A stretch of 45,278 nt of DNA, the filler included, from Jimgerdemannia flammicorona (lineage: Eukaryota): the NCBI GenBank assembly GCA_003990765.1. It is 2 parts of 2 records of this genome, joined end to end, with 100 filler letters (N's around TTAATTAATTAA, not from the genome) between each part and the next. Parts side by side here need not be neighbours in the genome. Positions count along the whole stretch, not along the records: positions 1 to 22,596 come from RBNJ01001242.1; 1 more part is not named here. One strand, written 5' to 3'. A program made the translations under genes and the position numbers. The notes beneath the pieces are model-generated. The model was not told where the DNA came from and did not search any database. It saw only the letters and a program-made list of their open reading frames with translations. Below are positions 1-11,521 of the stretch, piece after piece (within the stretch, counting starts at the first letter, position 1; every line of letters starts with the position of its first letter).

Positions 1-65
1 TTTATAGTCCCTTGGACTCCATCTTTATTACCAGTCTATGAATAAGTATACAATATCACCACCCA

Positions 66-3000
66 CTATCCGATCCCCATCAAGGGGCCCCTCCCAACCT
101 CTTCACATATAAAGACCACTCTCTCACCAACAACTCCAACTCTTCCACCACTCTGACCACAGATTTTCACCACCAAGCGGTGCCTCTGACCCCCCTGCAG
201 CCCCCAACCAAGCCACCAGCCTATCAAGGTATTCTCCATAAGGCACTGCCACCATGATAACCAGCTCTCCAAGCTCTATTGTCTCCCCTCCTCAAATACA
301 AATAGCCAGTGACTGGCCAGCCCAACCCAAATAGCCAATGCCCAGTCTAAAGTAATCCACTCTTCCCCTACCCCTCCTATCAATCGATCCCTCAGGTCCT
401 CCCACCTCTCCTGTACATCATCACCCCTACACCTTACCCCCAAGCGGTCTCCAATGGCCTGCCAAAAGTCTCCCAACACCTCATACTCCCCTAGCCAATG
501 TTCCGGCATCTGTACAAATCCCCCTTCCTGCCCTACATTATGGCACTCCTCACAGTCAAAGCAACCCCCTACAACAAGGTGTCCTGAGCAGAAGTTAAGC
601 ATCATATTCCTCCTCAGCACATGCCACCAGACCACCCAGTACTTCGGTAGCAACTAATTTTTCACTGCGGCACTCTAGGTCCAAACCCCATGCCAGTCCC
701 ACTCCTCACCAATTCCAACTCCTTGCCAACCACTAGGCCACAGATCCTGGCCTGGTCTCTTTTGGCATTCGATGCCATCACTAATGTTGAACTCCAGTAA
801 AGACATGCCTCCCAGAAGAATGCCATTCCATCTCCACATCACTGGGCCCCAAGCCCTCTCCCCCTCATCCTCTTGCCAGCAAATACCAATGCAGTGTGCC
901 CCCATGGCTATCCCCCACCAGAAGCCTTTAAATCTCAGTTGCACAGTGTTCTGAAGCCCAACTAATGAAAGAAGATCACCAGTCAAGCCTCTTGATGATA
1001 TCTGCCTCTCCCATATCTTCTGCAGCAGGGAAACCCAGCCCCCTCCACGCAACTCCACCACCCTCCTCAGCCACCATGCCCTCAAGCAGTGTAGTCTTTT
1101 GGGGAAGTCCACCAGCCCAAGACCACCTCTCACCACTGGTAGGGACAAAGTCTCTCAACCAATCTGACTCCGTCTGCCAGCTCAAATCCATCTCTTGGCC
1201 ACCTTCACTAATCTCTTCACCACCCAGGCTGAGAAGTCCAGATAATAAGCCAAATACCATAGCTTCGGCAGCCAGTATACATTCAAAATTGAGATCCTTC
1301 CTGCCAGAGAGAAGTGTCTACCCCCCCAACCCTGCAGGTCCTCCTCCCAAATTCCAATCCTCTGCTCCCACCACAGCCTGGGCAAAACAGACCCATAGAT
1401 CAACAAATAGAAGCCCAAGTACCACACTGCCTCTCCGGTGGGGACAATTGTTCCAATAACTTCTCCACCCACCAGGCCATTGCCCAGCACTATTGTTTCA
1501 CACTTGTGCCAATTCAGCTTCACCCCAGAGTTCTCCTCATACTACTCTACTGTCTTCTGGAGCTCCTCGACATCCGCAGTCACTCCCAAACCAACCACCA
1601 TGTCATCTGCAAAGGCTCCAACCTTCCAGCCAACTCCATAGATAGAGAGCCCCACGATCCTCCACCGAATCCTGTCCATTAGAGGTTCCAAGGAAAGAGT
1701 ATACAAAATGGGGGACAGCGGGTCCCCCTGGGGCACTCCCCTACCCAGAGGGAATGCTACCCCTCGATGCCCATTACACACGAGTGCAGCCCTACTCCTT
1801 TCCAGTAGGCTGACCATCGCTGACTGAAATGGGACCAGAACTCTAATTCTATCTAATACTTTTGCCAGCCAGACTTGCTGCACTCAGTCATAAGCCTTCT
1901 CCTGGTCCAAGAAGACAAGATGCCCATCTAGTCCACAGGCTCGAGCACCTTCAATAACTCCATGTATCCAGGCCATGCTATTTCTAATAAGCTGACCCCC
2001 TATGAAGCCCCTCTGCTCAACACCCACAATTTGCTAGGCTACCTTCTGTAGCCTTGCGACCACCACCTTAGTCACCAACTTTCTGTCCATATCTAGCAAC
2101 ATTATTGGCCGCCAGTTCTTCCAATCCTCTCACCTTCCCTTGTTCTTATAAAGCAGCATCACCAGCCCAAGATCCTGCTCCCCCACCTATCTCCCTGACT
2201 GCAATATAGAGTCACACAGTGCTGTCAACTCCCCCAACATGCCTGGGACTCCAACCATTCACTTCCAGAAGTCCCAGGGGAGGCCATCCTCTCCAGGCGC
2301 CATATCCGAGGCTGTCACAGCAAGAACCTGGTAGATTTTGTCCTCCTTTACAGGCATCACCAGGTCACCTAGTCCCTCAGCTTGTAGTGGGTGCCAATCT
2401 TCTAATGTTTGGTCAATGGCTGTAGCATCTGCCCCACCCTCCTCCTCACTCCACAATCCACTCCATCACGCCTTCAGTATTCCAAGGATGTCCTGTACAC
2501 CATGCACTAGTACACCATCTGAGTCAAGTACCCCTTTCTACTGCTGCTGTACTCTTCTTGCTCGAAGTATCCTTGTGAGAAACTTGGAAGGCCTCTCCCC
2601 TTCCTCCAGCCCCTGCCAATGAAGCCATGCCACCAAGCCTTGCACCCTAGACTCTTCCTCTTCCTGCAGCACCTGTTGTAGTTCCCCAACCTCCATCTTT
2701 ACCCTCGTTATTCTCCAATCCTCTTCTCCCTCCACTACTGTCAGTCTCACCTACTCCTCCAGGAGTCTAGCCAATCTAGTAGAAGCCCAATGCACTCTCT
2801 GCCTTCGCTGCTTCCCAGCCACTCTGCCAGCCTCACTCCAATACATCCTGGTCATCTCTTTTATTCTCATCCACTGAACCCCAATCACAGCCCCTTCCTG
2901 CCGCTAATTCCCCACCTTCAGCTGAATGTCTTTTGCCCACTCCTCCCACTGGGACTCATCATCCAACAAAGAGGAATTTAGGCACTAATGTCCAGGCCCA

Positions 3001-3722
3001 TCACCACTTCTCCCAAAACACCCCTGTCCCAAGAGGCCCCAGTGATCTGACCATGGACACCATTCTATCTCTAGCACCTTCTAAACATTGTGGCCCCAAC
3101 AGTTGGCCATCAGAATCCAGTCAATCCTTGTCCCCAGACCTCCAGCCCAATGCGTATATACTCTCCTGTCCCCCCAGTACTCCCTACCAGCATCCACCAG
3201 TGCTCCTAGCCTTTCAACCTCCACCCACATCGCCAGCCCCCCACTCCTGCTCTCAGCACCCCATCCTCCATCAGTTCTATCCAGCCATACATCCCAAACC
3301 ATATTGAAATCTCCTCCAAGCATATCCAACCTAGCTTCAGCAAGGATCCCACTCTCCAGGAGCCCTTTTACCCAATCCACATGCTCCCCCCGTACAGCAG
3401 AGCAGTAACAGGAGCCAACTGTGACTGGCTCCCAATCTGCACGAATCCACTCACTCCAGACCAGTCTCTCCCCCCAGCTCCTCACATCCCTTATCTCCCC
3501 TCTGCCTTTCCGAACCAGAATCCCGACCTTACTGTTCCAAATCACCATGCTACCCCATTCCTTAGTCCATTTCATCCTATCAGAGTCATTCTTGCACCTG
3601 AAATCCTACAAGAGGAAGAGATCAGCCTCCAATCCCTTCAACCAAATAAAAATGTTCCTGCGTCTAACTGCACCCCTTAGCCCATTCACATTCAAAGAAA
3701 AAATGTTGGTTGTACTGTTCAT
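66..3722 (-). pseudogene. LINE1 ORF2 (APE endonuclease, reverse transcriptase, C-terminal CCHC), disrupted
   Basis: MNSTTNIFSLNVNGLRG start, LGGDFN and TRIDWI (APE); GVPQGDPLSP and AFADD (RT); RGGLGLVDF; CEEC-x12-H-x4 zinc motif; many premature stops. Confidence 0.93.
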
Positions 3723-3752
3723 AATGAAATATGGTTTGTTCTCAATCAATCC

Positions 3753-5783
3753 CTACTGCTCTATGCCCATCTCCTCCTGTGCCATATCCAGATTATGTTC
3801 AGCCATCACCTCCTCCTCTTCAGCCCTCTGAGCCTCCAGTCCAGCCAACAGCTCATTCATCTCCTCATCAGCCTTCTCCTCAAACTCCTCTTGGTACTCG
3901 ATGCAAGCCTCCTGCCAAAGCTGCAACCCATGATGCCTATTCCAACAGTACTCAGCCTTCTCCCCAGTGACAACTGCCAACTCTGCCTCCCTCTCCTTGT
4001 CCACCTCATACCCTTCCTCCTCCAGATACACCACAAGAATTTCTGCCTTCAGCACTATCACCACTCCTTCCCCCTGCAAAATTCTCATCCAGTACTCATC
4101 ACCCATCCCACGCAAGTCCACCTCCCCCAGCTCTTCTGCTGCCAGGTTATTCATCATCCGGCACATCCAAAGTAGGTTCCCCACCTCCTTCCCACCAGGG
4201 GTCGCCAGCCTCTCTCTGTCCAGCATCGTGGTATCAGCACCTGCACTTGCATACTCATCCCACACCTCCGGGACATCCACCAGTTCCTCCTCCCCAGCCA
4301 CCACTACTTGGTCCCCATCTATTACCTCTGGAATGCTGAATTTTACCTGCTGGGTCCCCAGCATTGTCACGTCCTCCCCAGACTTGTTTCTGGAAGCCGG
4401 GCCACACCTAATAAGAGGGGAAGGGGTGGGGGAGTTCTCCCAGACTTCATCCCAAACCTCCAAGGTACCATCAGCATATGGGTTGCTAATCTTCACCTCT
4501 TTAGCCTTCCCTGCCTTTGCCCCATCGTTCTCGCTCCTCTCACTAGCCCAGACACTCGCTCTGGTCCCTTCTGCACCTGTCTTCATGCTCGCGTCCTTCT
4601 GTGGTCCACCCCCCAGTTTAGCCAGCAGATCCTTCTGCCTCTTCCGCCCCTGAGCCCTTTCCCACTGCACCTTGTTCACTCGAATCCTCTTTCCATCCAC
4701 CACCTCCAGGTGCATCGACTCCTCAAAAGTCTTCCAGGCCTTAGCTCGCCATTCCACAGCCCCATCCAGCTCCTCCAGTGTTTCCAATAAATCTTTCTCC
4801 TCTTCTTCACTTCCTTTCACCCATATCATCTTGCACAGGAACACTCCCCAAACCATCACTGAAGGCCAGTCCCTCATCTTTCTAGTAGCCTCTTTTCCAG
4901 CCAGCCAAATTCTCACATCCACATCCCCAGTCCTGAGCATGGTCCCTTCCCAGACCTGGAATCTGATATCCACCACCTCTCCATACTCTGCCATGACATC
5001 CTCCACTCTCTTCCTTGTCTCCATCACCATCACCATGGGTACTCCTTTCACCAGCAGTTGGACCACCCTCGGATCCCACTTCAAACACCTCACCATCAGA
5101 ACACACATCTCCCCAACCACCAATCCAACCTTCAGTGCCTCCTCTAGTGGTTTAACCTCCTCAAATCCCACCTCCACCCCCTCCAGCCCCTTCAGAAACT
5201 TCACTGAAGCCACACCTGCCACCTGCTTAGCAATAAGCCCCAATACCATTTTTGCTGTCACTGCTAAGCCCCGGAAGTACAGTATGACTGCGAATGCTGA
5301 GATCGACTTCTTGAGTAATGGAGCCACCGACAGTCCCATTACACCATCCGCCAGGTCCCCAGGCCTTGTGCTCTTCCTACTGCTCAGCTCACCATCAGCA
5401 GTCCCATCTAGATTTTTTTCCAGATCGTCCATCACACCCCCATCAGCAGTCCCTGCCCCAGCTGCTACCCCCACAGCTCCACTCCTATGGCCCTCCAGAG
5501 AGGTACCTCCAAGAGGTTGCTGCCTGGAAGCCGTCACTGGTACCTTCCCCCCTCTCAGCCAGCTCTCCAGTCCAGCTCCCTGCCGACCCCCCTTCACTTT
5601 CTCTGCAAAGCTCACCCTGCCAGACCCTTGACCTCCAGCTCCGCCCCCTCCTCCACCACAGCCTCCTGCCAGCAGGCCCCTCATACTTCCCCCCAAGCCA
5701 GGGCCTCTCCCCACTTACTGTCATTCAAATGCTCCAGGGCCACCCTGCCCAGTACACACCTCTGGATGCTCGTTGGTCACTAT
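3753..5783 (-). pseudogene. LINE1 ORF1 (RRM-like core, acidic C-terminus); 653-aa open stretch, ancestral start mutated ATG>ATA at 5783
   Basis: ORF 3753..5714; SFAEKVK motif and two RRM-like blocks; N-terminus aligns with MATDRQPEV... of copy 6. Confidence 0.85.
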
Positions 5784-5866
5784 GATACTAGTAGCTTTTC
5801 TCCAGAAACTATGTTGAAAGTGTTGCCAAAAGATTGTGTAACCTGAATGTTACCAGAGAAAGGATG

Positions 5867-7225
5867 TCCCAGCTCCTTCCTTGCCTGCCTCCACCTCCCC
5901 TTCTTCTTTACTGGCCCAGACACTGGCTTTGATGCCCCTAGATACCTCAGCCCCATCTGCCTTCTTCTTAGCCCCACTGCTCATACTCACCAACAACTCT
6001 CTCTGCCACTTGTGCCCCTAGGCATGCTCCCACTGCCCCTTGTCAGTTTGAATTCTCTTTCCATCAACAATCTCCAGATGTATTGACTCCTCATACAACT
6101 TCCAGGCCTTTGCCCTCCTCTCAACAATACTACTCAACTCTTCCAGTGTCTCCAATAAGTCCTCTTCCTCCTCTTCATTCCCTCATACCCTTGACATCTT
6201 ATAGATAAAAGCCCCCCACATCAACACTGAGGGCCAGTCACTCATCTTTCCAGTAGCCTCCCTTCCTGTCAGTCGAATCCTTACCTCTACATCTCTAGTC
6301 CTAATAGAGCACACCTGGAAGCCGATATCCACCATATCACCAAAATCTACCATTACCTCCTCCACTCTCCTCCTAGTCTCCTCCTTCATCACCATAGGCA
6401 CCCCCTTCACCAGCAGCTACACCACCCTGAGGTCCCACCTCAGACAGCACATCATGGAGACTACCACCTCACAACCACCACTCCAGACTTCAGCACCTCT
6501 TCCAGTGGGCCCACCTACTCAAAGCCCACCTTGACTCCCTCCAGGCCCTTCAGGAACTTCACTGAGGCAGCCCCAGCTATCTGCTTTGAGACAAGCCCCA
6601 GGACCATCCTCACTGTCACTGTTAAGCCTCAGAAGCACAGTATCACCACAAACTCTGAAATCAACTTTCTGAGTAATGGTGCCACTGCTAGCCCCATCAT
6701 ACCATTGGCCAGATCTCCCTTCCACATCGGGAACCCCTGCCCCACACCACCATCAGCCATTACATCTCTTTTTTTTTCCTGATTGCCTATCACACTGCCA
6801 TCAGCAGTCCTATCCCCAGCCACTGCACCTCCAGCACCTATGCTTGCATTCCCCCCCTGAGTAACTCCCCCCCTCCCTAGGCTCGACTTGCCCTTCCCTA
6901 CTGCAGCACCAGCCCTAGTCCCAGCCAGCCACCCACTCTCCTTCACCTTATCCACAAAACTCGGGGGGCCAGATCTCTCTCCATGGCTACCCGACACCAG
7001 TCCACCTCCAGAACTCCTGCCACCCTTTGACCCTCCAAAGACCCCCATCTCCAGGCTATAATTCCTCCCTACATACTGCCAGCTAAAAGCTCCAGGTCCA
7101 CCTGACCTAGCACACCCAGCAGAACTCTTGCTCAATGACATTATAATAGTACCTTTCCTCCAAGTTGTGTTGAAAAACTATTGCTTGAAGTTGGTATAAT
7201 GTGAATTGTACTGGAGAAAGGTGTG
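5867..7225 (-). mobile_element. LINE copy 2 (subfamily A2): 5' UTR and first half of ORF1, interrupted by copy 1 and inserted in ORF1 of copy 3
   Basis: 5' motif CACCTTTCTCCAGTACAATTCACATTATAC; ORF1 from 7141 (MSLSKSSAG...LAVAPLLRKLISEF), close to copy 4. Confidence 0.9.
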
Positions 7226-9062
7226 TCTCCAACCTCTTCCTTGAACCCCACAAGTATGCTGCCCTGTCATTTACAATCCCTCAAAGTTCCTCCTCCCTCT
7301 GATCATCTACTTGATACTTCACTGATTCCAAGAGAACTGCTAGAATCTCATTCCTAACCTTCCTTGGCACCTCCTCTCTATAAAGAATTTTCTCCCAATA
7401 CCTATCATCCATAACTCAGAAGTCCTCTCTCTCCAGCTCCTCTACAGCCACCCTCTCCAGAGTCTTCCACAGCCACTTTTCCTCATTCACTGCCTCTGCA
7501 ACCCCCTGGATGACCTTTTCAACCCCAACCTCTGGGTCTACCAAAGTGCTCCTCTTCACCAACTCATCCTATTCCTCCTCTGGCATATCCAGTAGTTTCT
7601 TCTCACCCCTTGCCCTACTCAGGACACTATACCAAGAGTGGGCTTCCTTGCTCATTTCTGCATCTACCTCTATGCTCCCCTAACCCATCTCACCCAATCT
7701 ATTCTGGGCCCCACCTTGGGCCATCCTGTGCTCCCCAGCCCCGACACTCTCTCACAATTCTGCACTACCTTCTCCAGTACTACTACCTGCCCCACCATCT
7801 TCCAAATTCTCCAGCAGCTCCTTCTGGATTTGCCTCCCCTGCATCTTCTCTCAGGTTGTCTGATCTATTCTAATCCTCTTTCCATCAACAATCTCCACCA
7901 CTGTCTTGGCCTCATACTCCTTCCAAGCCAGTCTCCTCTTCTCAACTACTTCTGCCAGATCCTTCAGAGCCTCCAGCAAGTCCTCCTCTTTCTCAAGTAT
8001 CTCCTTTACTCTCAAAATCTTGTACTCTACCAGTCTCTACTTAAGAGTTGTTGGTCAGTCTCTTGTCTTCTCTGTGTTCTCCTTTCCAGCCAGCTACACC
8101 TGGACATCCACATTACCAGTTCAGAGCTCAGTACCCTCCTAGACCCTAAATCTGATATCCATGATCTCTCCATACTCCTTGACTGCCTCCACAATCAACT
8201 CTCTGGCCCTCTCCCACAATACCATAGAAAGGTCCAATACTATCAACTATACCACTTAGGGGTCCCAGCATATGTACCTGGCCATAGAGACCACCACTCC
8301 ATCCACCATTACTCTCTTCTCCATGGCTGCCAACAGTAACTCCTCTTTCTTGAACCCAACCTCGACCCCTTCTTTTCTCCTCAAGAACTTCACTGAAGCT
8401 GTCCCCTTTGCCTCCTGCACCACCAGCCCTAGGATCATCCTTGCAGTTACTACTAAGCCCCAGAAGCACAATGTGATAGTAAATTCCAACCTTGATTTCT
8501 TGAGTAATAGTGCTGACACTATATCTATCACACCATCTGTCAGGTCCCCAGGCCTTGTGCCCACCCCCTGTCCTGAACTACCAATCATCATCACATCTGG
8601 ATTTTTTTTCCAGATCTCTAGTCACAGCTCTATCAGCAGTCATATCTCCAGCCCCTACTCTCCCTCCTCTCCTACTGCCTGACCCTCTCAAGGGGGCCCC
8701 TCTCTGTCCCCCAACAGTAGCTGTCACTGCCTTCCTCAGGTCCAGCCAACTATCCAGACTAGACACCATTCTCCCTATCTTGACCTTGTCCACAAAGGTC
8801 ATCTGCTCCCCTCCTCATTGCCTCAGCCTGCCTCTTTCTCTACCACCAGCACCACAGCCAGCCATAGAAGACCCTGGCATTCCCAAACCATCACCCCTCC
8901 TCCTTCCTACATGCTGCCAATTGAAGGCACTACTGTCCTCCTGGCCAATATGCTCACCAGTATGTTCATTGCTGTCTATGTTACTAGTTGCCTTTCACTA
9001 AAAATGATGAAGAAAGTATTGTCTGAGTCTTGTGTTACTTGAATATTATTAGTGAAAGGTGC
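7226..9062 (-). mobile_element. LINE copy 3 (subfamily B): 5' UTR and most of ORF1, interrupted by copy 2 and inserted in gypsy A
   Basis: 5' motif GCACCTTTCACTAATAATATTCAAGTAACACAA; ORF1 LLKKSRLEF...VVQEAKG matches copy 5. Confidence 0.9.
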
Positions 9063-10713
9063 TATATATATCCTACACCTGGGACCTCTTCTGTCAACAA
9101 GCTTTTTAAGAACTCAAGAACTACCTGATCTATGCTCCAGTTCTACATAATGCAGATCAAGATCTAAAATTCATAGTTACTACTGATGTATTAAATTTTG
9201 CCATTAGAGCAGTCCTGTTACAAGATGAGAGTAAAGGATATTGCCCCATTGCTTTTGAGTCCTGCAAGTTGGCCTCAGCCAAACAAAAGCTAGCCACCTA
9301 TGAGAAGGAACTACTGACAATAATATATGCACTAGATCACTGGTAATGCTATCTAGAAGGTATTGAGTTTGATATCATTACTGACTATCAATCTCTCAAG
9401 TACATCAACACCCAATCTACTCTGTCACATCTATAAGCTAAGTAGAGCCTCAAACTTCAAACCTTCAACCTGACAATCATCTATAAGCCTGGCAAGACAC
9501 TTGTAGTATCAGATATCTTATCAAAATGTCCTGATCTCATCACAATCATATAAGTCATCTTGGTATCAGAATTTCTAAACCAAATCAGACAAGTTTATAA
9601 AGAAGACATAGTTACTATTAGAGTTTTCTCAAATGAGCTCAAGAATATATATACTGTCAAGAACAATCTGATCTATCATCAAGATCAAGTCTACTTATCT
9701 GAAAACATAAACCTATACTATAAGGTTTTGTAAGAACACTATGACTCTCTTCTTGCTAGTTACCTGGGAATTGATAAGACTGTCAAGAACATCCAATACT
9801 ACTATTATTAGTCAAGCATGGTCAAGGAAATCAAGAACTATGTTGCTAGCTATAATCTATATTAGTGTAACAAGTCTACCAACCAAGTACCAGCCAATTC
9901 ACTATAACTACTGCCAATTTCCACTAAGAAATTTGAGTAAGTTACCATGGACTTTATAACTCAACTACCATGAACTCAATCTGGTACTAATGCTATCATC
10001 ATATTTATTGACTGCCTGACCAAGACTATAGTTACTGAATCAACTACAACTAATACTACTATACCCAAGATTGCAAGAATCTTCTTCAAGTTCATCTTCT
10101 ATCACTATGGCCTGTTATAAGTAATTGTCAATAATTATGACCCCAAGTTCACCAGTCACTTCTGGTAAACTCTCTTCAAGACTCTGGGAATCCAATTGGC
10201 TATGTCCACTGTCTTTTACCTACAAACTAATGGACAAACTGAGTACATGAACAGAACTTTAGAATAAATACTTAGAAACTATATTTCTTATGAGCAAGAT
10301 AATTGGGACTACTATCTGACTTATGCAGAGTTCACATATAACAACACTGTCTAATCATCTACTGGTTTTTTCCCTTTCTAGTTACTCTACAGTCAAGATT
10401 CCAAGACCCTTATAAGTTTATTCTCTTTCAAGAAAAACAGTCAAATATAAGTTCCTACTACTAAGAGTCTTATAGACAAAATGAACAAACTCTACTGTGA
10501 ATCTTTAGAAGACTCAACAGCATCAAGCTAAGTATGCTGATAAGAAATACCATGATATCACTTACACTGTTGGAGATCAAATCCTACTATCTACCAAGAA
10601 TCTTAAAATATAATCTCAAGTCAACTATCCTTTAAACAAGTTCTAACCCAAATATATTAGACCTTTTGAGATTACTGAATAAGTCTCTGTATTCTTCTAC
10701 TGCCTAGCTATCT
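9063..10713 (+). mobile_element. Ty3/gypsy element A, heavily decayed pol fragment (RT connection, RNase H, integrase)
   Basis: YTW..CQQAF.ELK..L..APVL; FIVTTDV.NFAIRAVL; PIAFESCKL; YEKELL; decayed HHCC zinc finger (~9735-9870); VTMDFITQLP; AMST..YLQTNGQTE.MNRTL; KYIRPF (GPF motif). Confidence 0.92.
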
Positions 10714-10867
10714 TGTTGTAGAATACTTAAAAGAGACTTATAAGAAGAGGGTTGTTTATTATTGATTACAGAATATGTACTTTAATGTATGTTGATTGAT
10801 GATATAGTCAAGAATTGGCTGTACCACTGCATATTGAGATGTAACCCAAATTCTAGGAATTTCAACA
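10714..10867 (-). repeat. 3' LTR of older copia (154 bp, TGTTG...CAACA)
   Basis: Inverted termini TGTTG/CAACA, homology to the inner copia LTRs, decayed PPT adjacent. Confidence 0.88.
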
Positions 10868-11110
10868 CTCTTGCTCAATAAGATATACAAACTATAAAAA
10901 AAAAAAACTAAGCTATAATCTTTGCAAATCCCACTATAATGTTTGATTACTATCTAGAAACTGAAAAATACTCAAATTTCCTACTTATAGACTTGAAAAT
11001 AGGTTAAAAAAACAGTACAATAAATATATATAGATGATAAATATTGGTAGAAATTGTCAATGCAAAATCAATATTAGAAGAGAGATTTGCTACTGCTCTA
11101 TTATCCTATT

Positions 11111-11263
11111 TATTGTGGAATACTTGGAATGGAGGGAGAAGCATTCTGTTTATTGCTAATCCTTACATGCTTTTATGCATCGCAATTAGTGACGTTTACA
11201 TGATGATGTAGTCAAGGAAAGCTATGCCACCATATATCAAGTTGTAATCTACATATTTCAATA
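11111..11263 (-). repeat. 3' LTR of inner copia
   Basis: Gap-free alignment to 16028-16180 (21 mismatches in 153 bp). Confidence 0.95.
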
Positions 11264-11274
11264 CTCCCACTCAA
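11264..11274 (-). promoter_or_regulatory. Polypurine tract of inner copia
   Basis: TTGAGTGGGAG immediately before the 3' LTR on minus. Confidence 0.85.
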
Positions 11275-11521
11275 TGAGATATGCAAATTCCCAAACTGCA
11301 ATACTAAGCTATAACCACTGCAAATCTTGCTGTAATGTTCAGACTGCTATCTAGAAACCGAAAAAACACCTGAATTGCCTGCTTAAAGCTTGAAAAATAG
11401 GTTGAAAAGTAGAGATGTGAACATTCGTAGATGAGCAATGTTGGTAGAAATCACCAATGCAGGAATCAATGTTAAAGAAGCTTGCTGTTGCTCTATTATC
11501 CTATCTTATCCCGAATTGTCC

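Larger units (their letters stand above)
1..5866 (-). mobile_element. LINE copy 1: full-length L1/Tx1-like non-LTR retrotransposon (subfamily A1), inserted in ORF1 of copy 2
   Basis: Conserved 5' end (CATCCTTTCTCTGGTAACATTCAGGTTACACAA on minus), ORF1, ~30-bp spacer, ORF2 (APE-RT-CCHC), 3' end AATAAA...GAGTCCAAGGGACTATAAA running into the window edge; co-linear with copies 4-6. Confidence 0.95.

Noticed and set aside
66..3722. Frequent in-frame TGA/TAG suggesting an alternative genetic code or readthrough
   Set aside because: Stop positions differ among copies and map to CGA, CAG, CAA or TGG in the paralogs.
4672..5631. Long antisense ORFs over the LINE ORFs (also 23433-24500, 34226-34978, 35246-35950)
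   Set aside because: Ser/Pro/Thr-rich shadow frames caused by the G-rich codon bias; no motifs, and the ends differ between copies.
10891..10908. ACTAT(A)n resembling an ultra-truncated LINE tail
   Set aside because: Aligns to CAAACTGCAATACTAAG of the inner copia 3' UTR through transitions and A-run expansion; no TSD.
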